A DNA stretch of 33,938 nt from Candidatus Azambacteria bacterium RIFCSPHIGHO2_02_FULL_52_12 (lineage in GTDB: Bacteria > Patescibacteriota > Minisyncoccia > GWC2-36-17 > WO2-46-25): contig MEYP01000005.1 in assembly GCA_001775835.1 (NCBI GenBank), positions 13,457 through 47,394 of the forward strand, given 5' to 3'. The position numbers were made by a program, and so were the translations under genes. The notes beneath the pieces were generated by a model. It had not been told where the DNA came from, did no database searches, and was given only the letters and a program-made list of their open reading frames with translations. Numbering within the stretch: position 1 is the stretch's first letter; each line of letters begins with the position of its first letter. Shown one piece after another: positions 17,956-26,575 of this stretch.

Positions 17956-19299
17956 ATGTTGGGGAAAAGAAAAAAACAAATATTAGATTTCGTCAATAGC
18001 TATGTTGGCAAGAATGGTTTTGCCCCATCTCTTGAGGAAATAAAAAAGAAAACCGGCCTTTCTTCTGTGTCGACAGTCCACCACCATCTTAAAGACCTTG
18101 AGAAACAAGGTTATATTAAACGACATGAGGGCAAGCCAAGAAGTATCGAAGCGAGAGATTTAACGGTTACAATTCCCTTGCGAGGATACATTGCTGCAGG
18201 CCAACCCATTGAAGCCATTGAGGTATATGAAACTATTGATGTTCCAAAAAATCTTTTGTCGGGTTCTGGTGAGCATTATGCTCTAAGAGTCTCAGGAGAC
18301 AGCATGATCGACGAAGGTATTTTTGATGGCGATACAGTTGTTGTTAGAAAACAAAATAGTGTTGAAAATGGAGAGACAGCAGTAGCTTTAATAAATGACA
18401 ATGAAGTTACTCTTAAAAAGATTTACAAGGAAAAAAACCGTATCAGACTGCAACCAGCGAATCCAAAATTAAGACCTTTCTATTTTAAAGAGGTGATTAT
18501 TCAAGGCAAGGTTGTAAGTACATTCAGAAATTTCGAAGAACAGGAGAAAAAAGATACTTTTAAATTTAATCAATTCCTCTGCGGAGACGTTTTAGAAATG
18601 ATCAAAAAAACTCCAGATAATTCAATACATTTTGCAGTAACTTCTCCACCATATAATGTTGGTAAGGACTACGACAACCATAACGATAAAATGAATCACC
18701 AAGAATATCTTGATTGGTTATATAAAGTCTGGATTGAAACAAAGAGAGTGCTTGTAGATGGTGGTCGTTTTGCAATCAACATAGCCCCTACTGGTATACG
18801 AGATTTTGTACCAATTCATCACGACTATATCGAACAAATGAAAAAACTTGGTATGAAATTCCGTACAGAAATTTTATGGTATAAACAAACAATGTTAAAA
18901 CGAACTGCTTGGGGTAGTTTTAAGAGTCCGTCTAATCCACACATTGTGCCATCATGGGAATATGTTTTGATTTTTACTAAAGGTGATAATCGCTTAGATG
19001 GTGATCAAAGAATGGCAGATATTACAAAAGAGGAATTTATGAAATTTTCTGATGGATTTTGGAAGATCCAGCCAGAAACAAAAAGGAAAGGACACCCCGC
19101 ACCATTTCCAGAGGATTTAATTTACAGGTTGATGAAATTTTACTCTTACAAGGGTAATAATGTGTTGGATATGTTTGGCGGAACCGGGACAGTTGCGGCG
19201 GTTGCTGCGAAAACAGGAAGAAATTTTATTCACATAGATATTTCACCGCAATACTGTAATGTGGCGAAAGATAGAGTAAATAAAATTCTAGGAAAGTAA
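17956..19299 (+). CDS. lexA: LexA repressor fused to beta-class N4-C/N6-A DNA methyltransferase
   Basis: LexA HTH (PSLEEI...SSVSTVHHHL..LE..GYI), IAAG cleavage site, GDSM Ser, TLKK Lys; then TSPPY, HPAPFP and DMFGGTGT in one frame. Confidence 0.9.
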   Translation: MLGKRKKQILDFVNSYVGKNGFAPSLEEIKKKTGLSSVSTVHHHLKDLEKQGYIKRHEGKPRSIEARDLTVTIPLRGYIAAGQPIEAIEVYETIDVPKNLLSGSGEHYALRVSGDSMIDEGIFDGDTVVVRKQNSVENGETAVALINDNEVTLKKIYKEKNRIRLQPANPKLRPFYFKEVIIQGKVVSTFRNFEEQEKKDTFKFNQFLCGDVLEMIKKTPDNSIHFAVTSPPYNVGKDYDNHNDKMNHQEYLDWLYKVWIETKRVLVDGGRFAINIAPTGIRDFVPIHHDYIEQMKKLGMKFRTEILWYKQTMLKRTAWGSFKSPSNPHIVPSWEYVLIFTKGDNRLDGDQRMADITKEEFMKFSDGFWKIQPETKRKGHPAPFPEDLIYRLMKFYSYKGNNVLDMFGGTGTVAAVAAKTGRNFIHIDISPQYCNVAKDRVNKILGK

Positions 19300-20097
19300 A
19301 TCGTCTTTAGTAAGTAGTTCATCTGAAAAATTCGCAACAACCTCTTTTCGCCACATTTTTAGATCTTCAAAAAGCTTATTAGCACCGTCTTGTTTGGTGA
19401 AATCTAATTTACAAATCTGCGAACATTCGGTAGTTAGTGGATGCGTCGTATAAACACGATCGAGGTATGCTTCACATTTTTTTCTCAACCCACTTGCGTC
19501 ATTATCACCTTTCATAAACTTCTTATCGAGGTCTTGAGTCATTAAACAATACTTAATGTTGTTATCTCGCAATGCAAGAGCCCAAAACAGCACAGCGTCA
19601 TTTCTGCTATGATCGCTTGTCTTGCAATTGAGTAAAGCAAACACCTTTAGTGTGCCTTTGCTGTCTTTAGTTAAGACAACAATGTCTGAGTCAGGCCAAA
19701 CACCAGTTGTTTTTTGTGTGCAACGACGGTTTGCTTTTAATGTTAAAAATTGAACAATATCCTTTGCTTTAGGATGTCGTTTTAATTGGTCCCCCTTAAT
19801 AGCCATGATTCCTTCCCGGTTCAAGGAGTCATTTATCAGATTACGAACAAATTCCTCAAAATTATTTCCACTTGCCACCACCCAACTTTGCCGAGCTTGG
19901 TTAAGATCACGTCCATTTTCAAGGCATAATTTAATATAAATTTCCTGAGTCATTTCCATAACCTTACCCTCTGGAACTTCTACTTCTTGAACAATAGCCA
20001 AAATTTGCCCAACATCTTTGATGGGTTTTATTCCAAAACCTTTTAGTTGCTCCTTGGCTTTTTGGTATATTTCCTCAAAGTTAATTTTTGTAGCCAT
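19288..20097 (-). CDS. Type II restriction endonuclease, BsaWI-like PD-(D/E)xK
   Basis: QSW...GNNFE, PDSDIVV, LLNCKTS; convergent with the MTase and overlapping it by 12 nt. Confidence 0.75.
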   Translation of the reverse strand: MATKINFEEIYQKAKEQLKGFGIKPIKDVGQILAIVQEVEVPEGKVMEMTQEIYIKLCLENGRDLNQARQSWVVASGNNFEEFVRNLINDSLNREGIMAIKGDQLKRHPKAKDIVQFLTLKANRRCTQKTTGVWPDSDIVVLTKDSKGTLKVFALLNCKTSDHSRNDAVLFWALALRDNNIKYCLMTQDLDKKFMKGDNDASGLRKKCEAYLDRVYTTHPLTTECSQICKLDFTKQDGANKLFEDLKMWRKEVVANFSDELLTKDDLLS

Positions 20098-20227
20098 AAT
20101 TTTAGAAGAAATGGGATCGAGCTTTCTTCCGAGGACTCTATTGTTGATCATTGGAAAAATCAACCCATATTGTAATTATGCAGTAAGTAGCGTAAATTAT
20201 CAATTAATATGTGTATATCTAAACTAC

Positions 20228-21076
20228 ATGAAAGACATTGTCGATAGACTCAAAATCCGTTACGAGGCCGCTCTACAAAGCAGCTCTGATTCGCTGTTTT
20301 ATCAAAACGTACATGCGTATATTGATTTTATAGTCAAAACCCCTGTCCTCTCTGCGATTATGGATAAAGGCGAGGAAGAATATCATAACAAGCACTCTGA
20401 GATAGTCCATGTGCGAGCACTTACCGACCAAAAGGCTGATGAGAAAGAACAGCTTATTAATAGGCTTGAGCGTTTCTCTCTGTTCGCAGCACATTACTGC
20501 ACCCTACTCATAAAAATATATAACCCTATTGAAGATTATAAAAACTCTACTGAACCAGATGCTGAGCAAGATCCCGTTGCGCTTCTCATGCTTAAAGGGA
20601 TTAAGAATATCAATACACAACGATGGGGTCAGAAAACACTTGAAATATACAATGGACACTATGATGGCAAACGAAAATCCTATGAAGATGATTTACGACA
20701 ATTTCACGTTGATTTTCTGACCGAAATAGAAAAGGTAGAGACAATAAAAGAAAAACCAAAAATTAGTTTTGATAAGGAAAACAGCATATTGCATATTGAC
20801 GATAAAGATGTCCACATAAAACTAAAGAACGATAAACCAAATGATCACTATGTGCTTGAATATATTTTTGAGAATGAGGAAGGTTTAAAGGAAAAATCAT
20901 TTTATTCTGATATTATCAAAATAAAGTTTGAGCGTGAAAAAGTAGATAATATGTCGTTATACCGCTCTTGTAAGGCTATTAGCAGAAAAGTAAGCGAGCA
21001 GGCAGGGCTAAGTAATTTTCTTGTCATTAAATCTGGGAAAACTGGCTATACACATATAAATCCTGACTATCTATAA
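20228..21076 (+). CDS. Hypothetical protein with probable C-terminal winged HTH
   Basis: Start MKDIV; C-terminal ISFDKENSIL...SLYRSCKAISRKV...GY resembles an OmpR-type wHTH. Confidence 0.6.
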   Translation: MKDIVDRLKIRYEAALQSSSDSLFYQNVHAYIDFIVKTPVLSAIMDKGEEEYHNKHSEIVHVRALTDQKADEKEQLINRLERFSLFAAHYCTLLIKIYNPIEDYKNSTEPDAEQDPVALLMLKGIKNINTQRWGQKTLEIYNGHYDGKRKSYEDDLRQFHVDFLTEIEKVETIKEKPKISFDKENSILHIDDKDVHIKLKNDKPNDHYVLEYIFENEEGLKEKSFYSDIIKIKFEREKVDNMSLYRSCKAISRKVSEQAGLSNFLVIKSGKTGYTHINPDYL

Positions 21077-21113
21077 ATCTTACCCGTAAGATGCTGTAAC
21101 GGCGCTGTGAGAG

Positions 21114-21139
21114 AATCACCTTATTAAATTAAGGTGATT
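21114..21139. repeat. 10-bp inverted repeat covering the RBS region of the small ORF
   Basis: AATCACCTTA-TTAAAT-TAAGGTGATT. Confidence 0.7.
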
Positions 21140-21144
21140 TTTTT

Positions 21145-21309
21145 ATGTCTTTTCAATTCAGCGAAAACCTCATAGCAGAGACGATTAAATGCTTCAAAGA
21201 AGAGGATGGTTTGGACGTATCCCCTGCGCAAGCAAATGAGTATCTGAACTCTTTTGCTGATTTGTTTTTGGCGTTTGCGGGCGGGCGTTCACGCCCGCCC
21301 CTGACTTGA
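21145..21309 (+). CDS. 54-aa small protein; absent from the ORF track
   Basis: MSFQFSENLIAETIKCFKEEDGLDVSPAQANEYLNSFADLFLAFAGGRSRPPLT, preceded by AAGGTGA. Confidence 0.6.
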   Translation: MSFQFSENLIAETIKCFKEEDGLDVSPAQANEYLNSFADLFLAFAGGRSRPPLT

Positions 21310-21311
21310 TA
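21279..21311 (+). other. Putative rolling-circle double-strand origin
   Basis: GC hairpin GGGCGGGCG-TTCA-CGCCCGCCC followed by CTTGATA (21305-21311), the pC194/phiX174-type nick core, just upstream of Rep. Confidence 0.6.
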
Positions 21312-21342
21312 TCCCCTCATAATTGTTAAACAGAATATCCTC

Positions 21343-22077
21343 ATGTATTTCATTTTTAGAATGTATGGAGAAACCGTTGAAATCACAGAAATCGAAAAAG
21401 AGCCGAAAAAAGTACGCGTATATCGTTCCAGAAAAAGGAATCCTATACACGGGCTTAGGCGACCCGATAATATTAGAAGGGCGCGAAAAACATGTTTGTG
21501 GTGCGTGTCTGCTGCTGTTGCAGAACTTGGGTGCCCACTCTTGGTTACTCTCACCTTTGCGGGAGATGCGTCAGACGCCTCCTATGCGAATGATTCCCTT
21601 CGCGTCTTCCAAGTGCGGTTGCGAGCTCAGTTCCCTGATGCGCAATCCCTCTTTGTTCCAGAGCTTTCCCCCCGAGGACGAATCCATTTTCATGGCTTAC
21701 TTTTTAACGTGCCGTTGTCTCTCGGAGATACGCGCAATGGTAAGCGGGTCGTTTCGTACGGCGATGAACGTAAATTACGAACCCTTGCTGAGTTATGGGG
21801 AGAGGGTTATGTTGATGCGAGAAAGACTGATGGTTCTCCAAGGCTGGCAAGTTATCTCAGTAAGTACATAACGAAGGGCGCTGGACAGGTTATGTTCAAT
21901 GCGATGCGCCTTTTACGGATATCGCGTGGCTTCCCACGAGAGGATGTCGTTCGTGGCGACCTTGCAAAAGAACTCGCGCGCCGTTATGCTATGCGTAAAC
22001 CCGCAAGAGTGTGGAAGGGCGATAATATATTTCTTGGACACATTAAGAAAACAATGTATTATCAGAATGTAAAATGA
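21343..22077 (+). CDS. HUH rolling-circle replication initiator
   Basis: Motif 1 LVTLTF; motif 2 ELSPRGRIHFHGL; motif 3 YLSKYITK with two Tyr. Confidence 0.88.
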   Translation: MYFIFRMYGETVEITEIEKEPKKVRVYRSRKRNPIHGLRRPDNIRRARKTCLWCVSAAVAELGCPLLVTLTFAGDASDASYANDSLRVFQVRLRAQFPDAQSLFVPELSPRGRIHFHGLLFNVPLSLGDTRNGKRVVSYGDERKLRTLAELWGEGYVDARKTDGSPRLASYLSKYITKGAGQVMFNAMRLLRISRGFPREDVVRGDLAKELARRYAMRKPARVWKGDNIFLGHIKKTMYYQNVK

Positions 22078-23582
22078 ACTACATCATCTACACTAGAAAA
22101 TCTACCGATACTGAAGATAGGCAGGTTCTGTCTTTGGATTCTCAAGAAAGAGAGCTTTTAGAGATAGCGGATAAGCACAATCTCAAAGTGGTAAAGACGT
22201 TCCGAGAAAGCATGTCTGCTAAATCTGCGGGACGTCCAATTTTTAACGAAATGATGGCGTTGGTTGAGTCAGGTAAGGCCCGAGGAATCCTTTGTTGGAA
22301 GTTGGATCGTCTTGCTCGTAACTTTGTTGATGGTGGTAAAGTTATTGATTCTTTGCAGAGGGGTGCTATACAAGAAATCAGGACGTACGAATCAACCCAC
22401 TTACCTTCCGACAACGTTCTCCTTCTTGCTGTTCAGCTTGGTATGGCTAATCAGTATATCCGGGATTTAAGTGTAAATGTAAAGCGTGGCAACCGAGAGA
22501 AGCTCTCTCGTGGTGAATGGCCTAATCATGCCCCCTTTGGATACTTGAATGATAAAGCCACCAAAACAGTTATTGTTGATCCTGTGCGTTCCCCATATGT
22601 TGTACGAGCTTTTGATCTGTATCTTATCGGCAGTTATAGCTTTAAAAATATTTCTGACATTCTGTATCAGGAAGGTTTGCGGACGAAATCTGGCAAGAAA
22701 GTGTTGAGGGGTCACATCCAAAAAATCATTACCTCTGTTTTTTACACGGGCATCATGAAACGGGAAGGAAAATATTACAACGGCAACCATCAGCCCCTTA
22801 TTTCTAAAGATACATTTGATAAAGCACAGGGGCTTTCTGGTAATCGATCACGACCTCGTCCACAAAAACTTTTCTTTCCACTCCGAGGTTTCCTCACGTG
22901 TGAAAGTTGTGGGTGTATGCTCACTGCCTCTTTGAAAAAAGGTCATCATTACTACTACTGCACCAACGGCAAGCAAAAATGCGATGAACACAAAAGCTAT
23001 CTTCGGGAAAATACCTTATACCAGTCTATCGCTGAAATCCTTGGCTCGTTAGATTTTACCGAACGAAAGATTGAGCTTATGTATCAGGCCGCAAAAGCAA
23101 GGTCTGGTGGTGATACTGAATACGTCCAGAAGGCATTAGAAACGCTTCAGACGCAATTAGAATCGCTTAAGACTAAAGAGATGAAGCTCTTGGACGCTTT
23201 CTTGGCTGAGCAGATACCCAAGGAGCTTTACGATCAGAAAACGCTTGAATTGCAGAATGAACGGATTTCAACTATGAGACAGCTTCGAGAAACAAAATCA
23301 AAACAAACAGTTTCCACTTTGGAACCGGTCAAAGAAGTGTTTTTACGCGCTAGCAGAGCCAAAAAAGAATTCTTGGAGGGTGATGATACAAAAAAGCATA
23401 CCATCCTACAAAGTTTACTTTGGAACCTTTCTCTTAAAGACAAAATTATGGCTTCAGTAAGCCTTAAAAGTCCTTATGACATTATGTCTAAAGCACCTAA
23501 AAACGGGGGTTTCTCTACAAAGCTGCGGGACCTGGATTCGAACCAAGATAACGACCTTCAGAGGGTCGCGTCCTACCGTTAG
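22074..23582 (+). CDS. Large serine recombinase (resolvase, recombinase, Zn ribbon, coiled coil)
   Basis: YTRKST catalytic Ser, ESMSAK..GRP.F, KLDRLARN, APFGY, CESCG...YYYC...C. Confidence 0.95.
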   Translation: MNYIIYTRKSTDTEDRQVLSLDSQERELLEIADKHNLKVVKTFRESMSAKSAGRPIFNEMMALVESGKARGILCWKLDRLARNFVDGGKVIDSLQRGAIQEIRTYESTHLPSDNVLLLAVQLGMANQYIRDLSVNVKRGNREKLSRGEWPNHAPFGYLNDKATKTVIVDPVRSPYVVRAFDLYLIGSYSFKNISDILYQEGLRTKSGKKVLRGHIQKIITSVFYTGIMKREGKYYNGNHQPLISKDTFDKAQGLSGNRSRPRPQKLFFPLRGFLTCESCGCMLTASLKKGHHYYYCTNGKQKCDEHKSYLRENTLYQSIAEILGSLDFTERKIELMYQAAKARSGGDTEYVQKALETLQTQLESLKTKEMKLLDAFLAEQIPKELYDQKTLELQNERISTMRQLRETKSKQTVSTLEPVKEVFLRASRAKKEFLEGDDTKKHTILQSLLWNLSLKDKIMASVSLKSPYDIMSKAPKNGGFSTKLRDLDSNQDNDLQRVASYR

Positions 23583-23593
23583 ACGATCCCGCA
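23523..23593 (-). tRNA. tRNA-Gln(CTG)
   Basis: TGCGGGA/TCCCGCA acceptor stem; CGACC-CTCTGAA-GGTCG anticodon arm; GGTTCGAATCC. Confidence 0.95.
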
Positions 23594-23633
23594 ATGTTCA
23601 CTCACGATAGCAGAATACCGCGGGATTTTCAAG

Positions 23634-24542
23634 CTAAATTTTGAGATACTTGCGGATGGCTATCATGGAGCCGAATACGCCCAGAACGATGCCGCACAAG
23701 AGCAGAATGAGCCAGAGCGTCATGAAATTGCGCTGGAAATACAGGAACAGGTCGGAACCGGGGAAAAAATTGTCCACGTAGGGAGCGAGTAAAAACATGA
23801 TGGGATAGAACACGATGATGGTGGCGGTGGCGGAGATGAGCCCATACAGCACGCCTTCCACGAGGAACGGTCCGCGGATGAACCAGTTGGTGGCGCCGAC
23901 AAGCTTCATGATGGTCACCTCGTCTTTGAGCGTGTAGATGGCGATGCGGATGGTGTTGAGCGCCACCAGCACCGAGATGACGGACAGCGCGAGGGTGATA
24001 AAGAGCCCCGTCTTGCGTATCGCCGATATGACGCTTGAAAGCCGCGCGATGGTCTCCTGGTTTTCGTAATAGTTGACCGCGCTTATCAAAGGAGCGTATT
24101 CTTTCTTTTCCAGAAACTTCGCGATGGCCGCGAACTGATCGGGCGCTTTCGCCTTGATGTTCAGACTCGCCTCGAGCGGATTGGCGTCGAGCTCCTCGAG
24201 CACCTGCGCGATGATGGTGTCGGCCTTGTGCCGTTCTTTAAAGAGGGCGAGCGCGGCGTCTTCCGAAACATATTCGACGCTTTTGACTTCTTTTTCCGCA
24301 AGCAGGTTATTTTTTACCTGTAAAATATCGGGCTCTGCTGTTTTTGGCTTGAAATACACCGAGATGTCTATCTGGTTCTCCAGATGCTGGACCACGGCTT
24401 CGGTCAGCACGGAGATCATCAGAAGCCCCAGAATCATGGACAGCACCAACACCATGACGGACACGGTCGTGGCGGAAAGCCATCCGTTGCGCCAGAAATT
24501 TTGAAACCCGACCAGAAATACTCTTTTGAATGCGGTTATCAT
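23634..24542 (-). CDS. ftsX: Cell division permease FtsX
   Basis: NFWRNGWLS, NPLEASL, IMKLVGATNWFIRGPFLVEG; downstream of ftsE. Confidence 0.95.
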   Translation of the reverse strand: MITAFKRVFLVGFQNFWRNGWLSATTVSVMVLVLSMILGLLMISVLTEAVVQHLENQIDISVYFKPKTAEPDILQVKNNLLAEKEVKSVEYVSEDAALALFKERHKADTIIAQVLEELDANPLEASLNIKAKAPDQFAAIAKFLEKKEYAPLISAVNYYENQETIARLSSVISAIRKTGLFITLALSVISVLVALNTIRIAIYTLKDEVTIMKLVGATNWFIRGPFLVEGVLYGLISATATIIVFYPIMFLLAPYVDNFFPGSDLFLYFQRNFMTLWLILLLCGIVLGVFGSMIAIRKYLKI

Positions 24543-24546
24543 GTAT

Positions 24547-24603
24547 TTAGCTTTTAGCTTTCAGCTTCGTTAGCTTTTAGGAAATTCTCTAAAAGTTGAA
24601 AGC
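24547..24603. repeat. Heptamer (TTAGCTT)-type repeats with an inverted arm
   Basis: ttagctt ttagctt tcagctt cg ttagctt ttag...ctaaaagt tgaaagc. Confidence 0.7.
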
Positions 24604-24607
24604 CCAT

Positions 24608-25285
24608 TTATAATATATAGCGTCCATTTTGCTCGTCGCGTATCACCTTGCCTTTGTCGATGCTCACCACGCGCTTGTTGAGCGTGTTGATTATCTCCCG
24701 GTCGTGCGTGGCGAGCAGTATCGTCGTTCCCAGTTCGTTGATTTTCAGCAGGAGCCGGATGACGTCCCACGTGTTGAGCGGGTCCAGATTCCCCGTCGGC
24801 TCGTCGGCGATGATGATGTCGGGCTGGTGCACCAGCGCCCGCGCGATGGCGACGCGCTGTTGTTCCCCGCCGGAAAGCTGATTTGGGAATTGTTTTGCCT
24901 TTTCTTCGAGCCCCACCAATTGCAAGACCTGTGGCACGTCTTCCTGGATCTCTTTTTTGCTTTTCCCCACGACTTCCATGGCGAACGCGATGTTCTCGTA
25001 CGCCGTTTTCTGCGACAACAGCTTGAAATCCTGGAAAATGGTCCCGATGCGGCGGCGCAGGAACGGAAGCTCCGCGTACGGCAGAGCCGTGACGTCCTGC
25101 TTGTCGAGGAATATCCTGCCCGACGTCGGCTTTTCTTCGGCGATAAGGAGCTTCAACAGCGTGGATTTCCCCGCGCCCGACTGTCCGACGATGGATACGA
25201 ATTCGCCCTGCTCGATATTGAGCGTGATGTTTTCAAGCGCGAAATGCCCGTTGTACGCTTTTGAAATTTTATCAAAAAGTATCAT
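24608..25285 (-). CDS. ftsE: Cell division ATP-binding protein FtsE
   Basis: GQSGAGKST, LRRRIGTIFQDFKLL, LSGGEQQR, ADEPTGNLD. Confidence 0.95.
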   Translation of the reverse strand: MILFDKISKAYNGHFALENITLNIEQGEFVSIVGQSGAGKSTLLKLLIAEEKPTSGRIFLDKQDVTALPYAELPFLRRRIGTIFQDFKLLSQKTAYENIAFAMEVVGKSKKEIQEDVPQVLQLVGLEEKAKQFPNQLSGGEQQRVAIARALVHQPDIIIADEPTGNLDPLNTWDVIRLLLKINELGTTILLATHDREIINTLNKRVVSIDKGKVIRDEQNGRYIL

Positions 25286-25286
25286 G

Positions 25287-26406
25287 TTATTTTTGGTATG
25301 CGAGCTCTGCCTCGATAAATGCTCCCAGTTCGCCGCCCAGCACGTCGTATACTTTGGACGTCTCCGTTTCCGTGCGGTGGTCTTTCACCATCTGATACGG
25401 ATGCAGGACGTACGAGCGTATCTGGCTCCCCCACTCTATCTTCACCTTGTCCCCTTTCAATTCCGAAATCTCGTGCTTGTGCTGTTTTTCCAGCTGTTCC
25501 GCCAGTTTTGACGCGAGCAGTTTCATCGCCCTGTCTTTGTTCGCTTGCTGGTTGCGCTCGCTCTGGCACGCGACGATGATGCCGGTCGGCTTGTGGTGGA
25601 TGCGCACCGCCGTTTCCCGTTTGTTGACATTCTGCCCACCCGGGCCCGACGACCGGAACGTATCCACCTCCAAGTCGGCTTCCTGGATGTCCACATCCTT
25701 CACTTCTTCGATTTCGGGAATGACTTCCACATAGGCGAACGACGTGTGGCGGAGCTTTTGCGCGGAAAAGGGCGAAACCCGCACCAGCCGATGCACGCCC
25801 GCTTCTTTTTTCAAATAGCCGTAGACATACTTGCCCTGGATATGCACCGTGGCGTTTTTCGTCACCGGCCCTTCTGTGCCGTCTCCCTCGCCGTAGTGCT
25901 GGTGTACGATGGTGCTTCGCCATTCTTGAGCATCCGCGTATTTCAGGTACATGCGCAGTAACATAGAAGCCCAGTCCTGCGCGTCCTGCCCTCCGGCGCC
26001 CGCGTAGATGGACACGATGGCGTTGCTCTTGTCATAGGGACCCGACAACAGCGCCTTCTTTTTCTTTTTTTCAAATTGCCGCTCCAGCGCCAAAAGTTCT
26101 TTTTCCACGCCGCTTTCAAATTCCGTGCGCTCCGCTTCGTCGGAAATCTCTGCAATAAACTCGTAATCGCTCGCGATCTTTGTAAACGCTTTTTCAATCT
26201 CCGTTATCTCTTTCACTTCCTCTTTCAGCGCGTTCAGTTGCGAAGTGATTTGGGCGGCTGTGCGATGATCCTGCCAGAAATCCTCCCGCCGTGTTTGCTC
26301 TTCCAGCTCGCGTATTTTGTTTTCAACGGCGGCAACGTCAAAGACGGTCCTTCATGTTCTGAAGGCCCTCCTTAAGTGACGCTAATGTTTCCTTGACGTT
26401 GACCAT
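25287..26406 (-). CDS. prfB: Peptide chain release factor 2 with programmed +1 frameshift (join 26406-26341, 26339-25287)
   Basis: SPF and GGQ motifs; a 22-codon first frame ends CTT TGA C at 26343-26337. Confidence 0.95.
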
Positions 26407-26451
26407 ACTCGCTCCAGTTTACCATATTCCCCGCTTTGAAATCAACCAATA

Positions 26452-26484
26452 AAAAAAACTCCGCATGTTGTGCGGAGTTTTTTT
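26452..26484. terminator. Intrinsic terminator after tRNA-Thr
   Basis: AAAAAAACTCCGCA-TGTTG-TGCGGAGTTTTTTT. Confidence 0.85.
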
Positions 26485-26493
26485 GAAATCCGG

Positions 26494-26566
26494 AGCCGGA
26501 GGCGAGAGTCGAACTCGCGACCTCTACTTTACGAAAGTATTGCTCTACCAACTGAGCTACTCCGGC
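26494..26566 (-). tRNA. tRNA-Thr(CGT)
   Basis: GCCGGAG/CTCCGGC acceptor stem; TAGCTCAGTTGGTAGAGC D arm; loop TTCGTAA; GTTCGAC. Confidence 0.95.
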
Positions 26567-26575
26567 ATAACATGG

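Larger units (their letters stand above)
12600..23523. mobile_element. tRNA-Gln-integrated defence island/integrative rolling-circle element; left boundary uncertain
   Basis: Recombinase abuts the tRNA; Rep present; AT-rich defence cargo. No att duplication found by eye, so the left end could lie anywhere from about 9800 to 20200. Confidence 0.6.

Noticed and set aside
20018-20227. N-terminal extensions of ORFs 20018..21076 and 19288..20163
   Set aside because: They would overlap head-to-head; the downstream ATGs at 20228 and 20097 fit better.
20228-23582. Complete prophage or inovirus
   Set aside because: No capsid, coat, Zot-like ATPase, terminase or lysis genes are recognisable.
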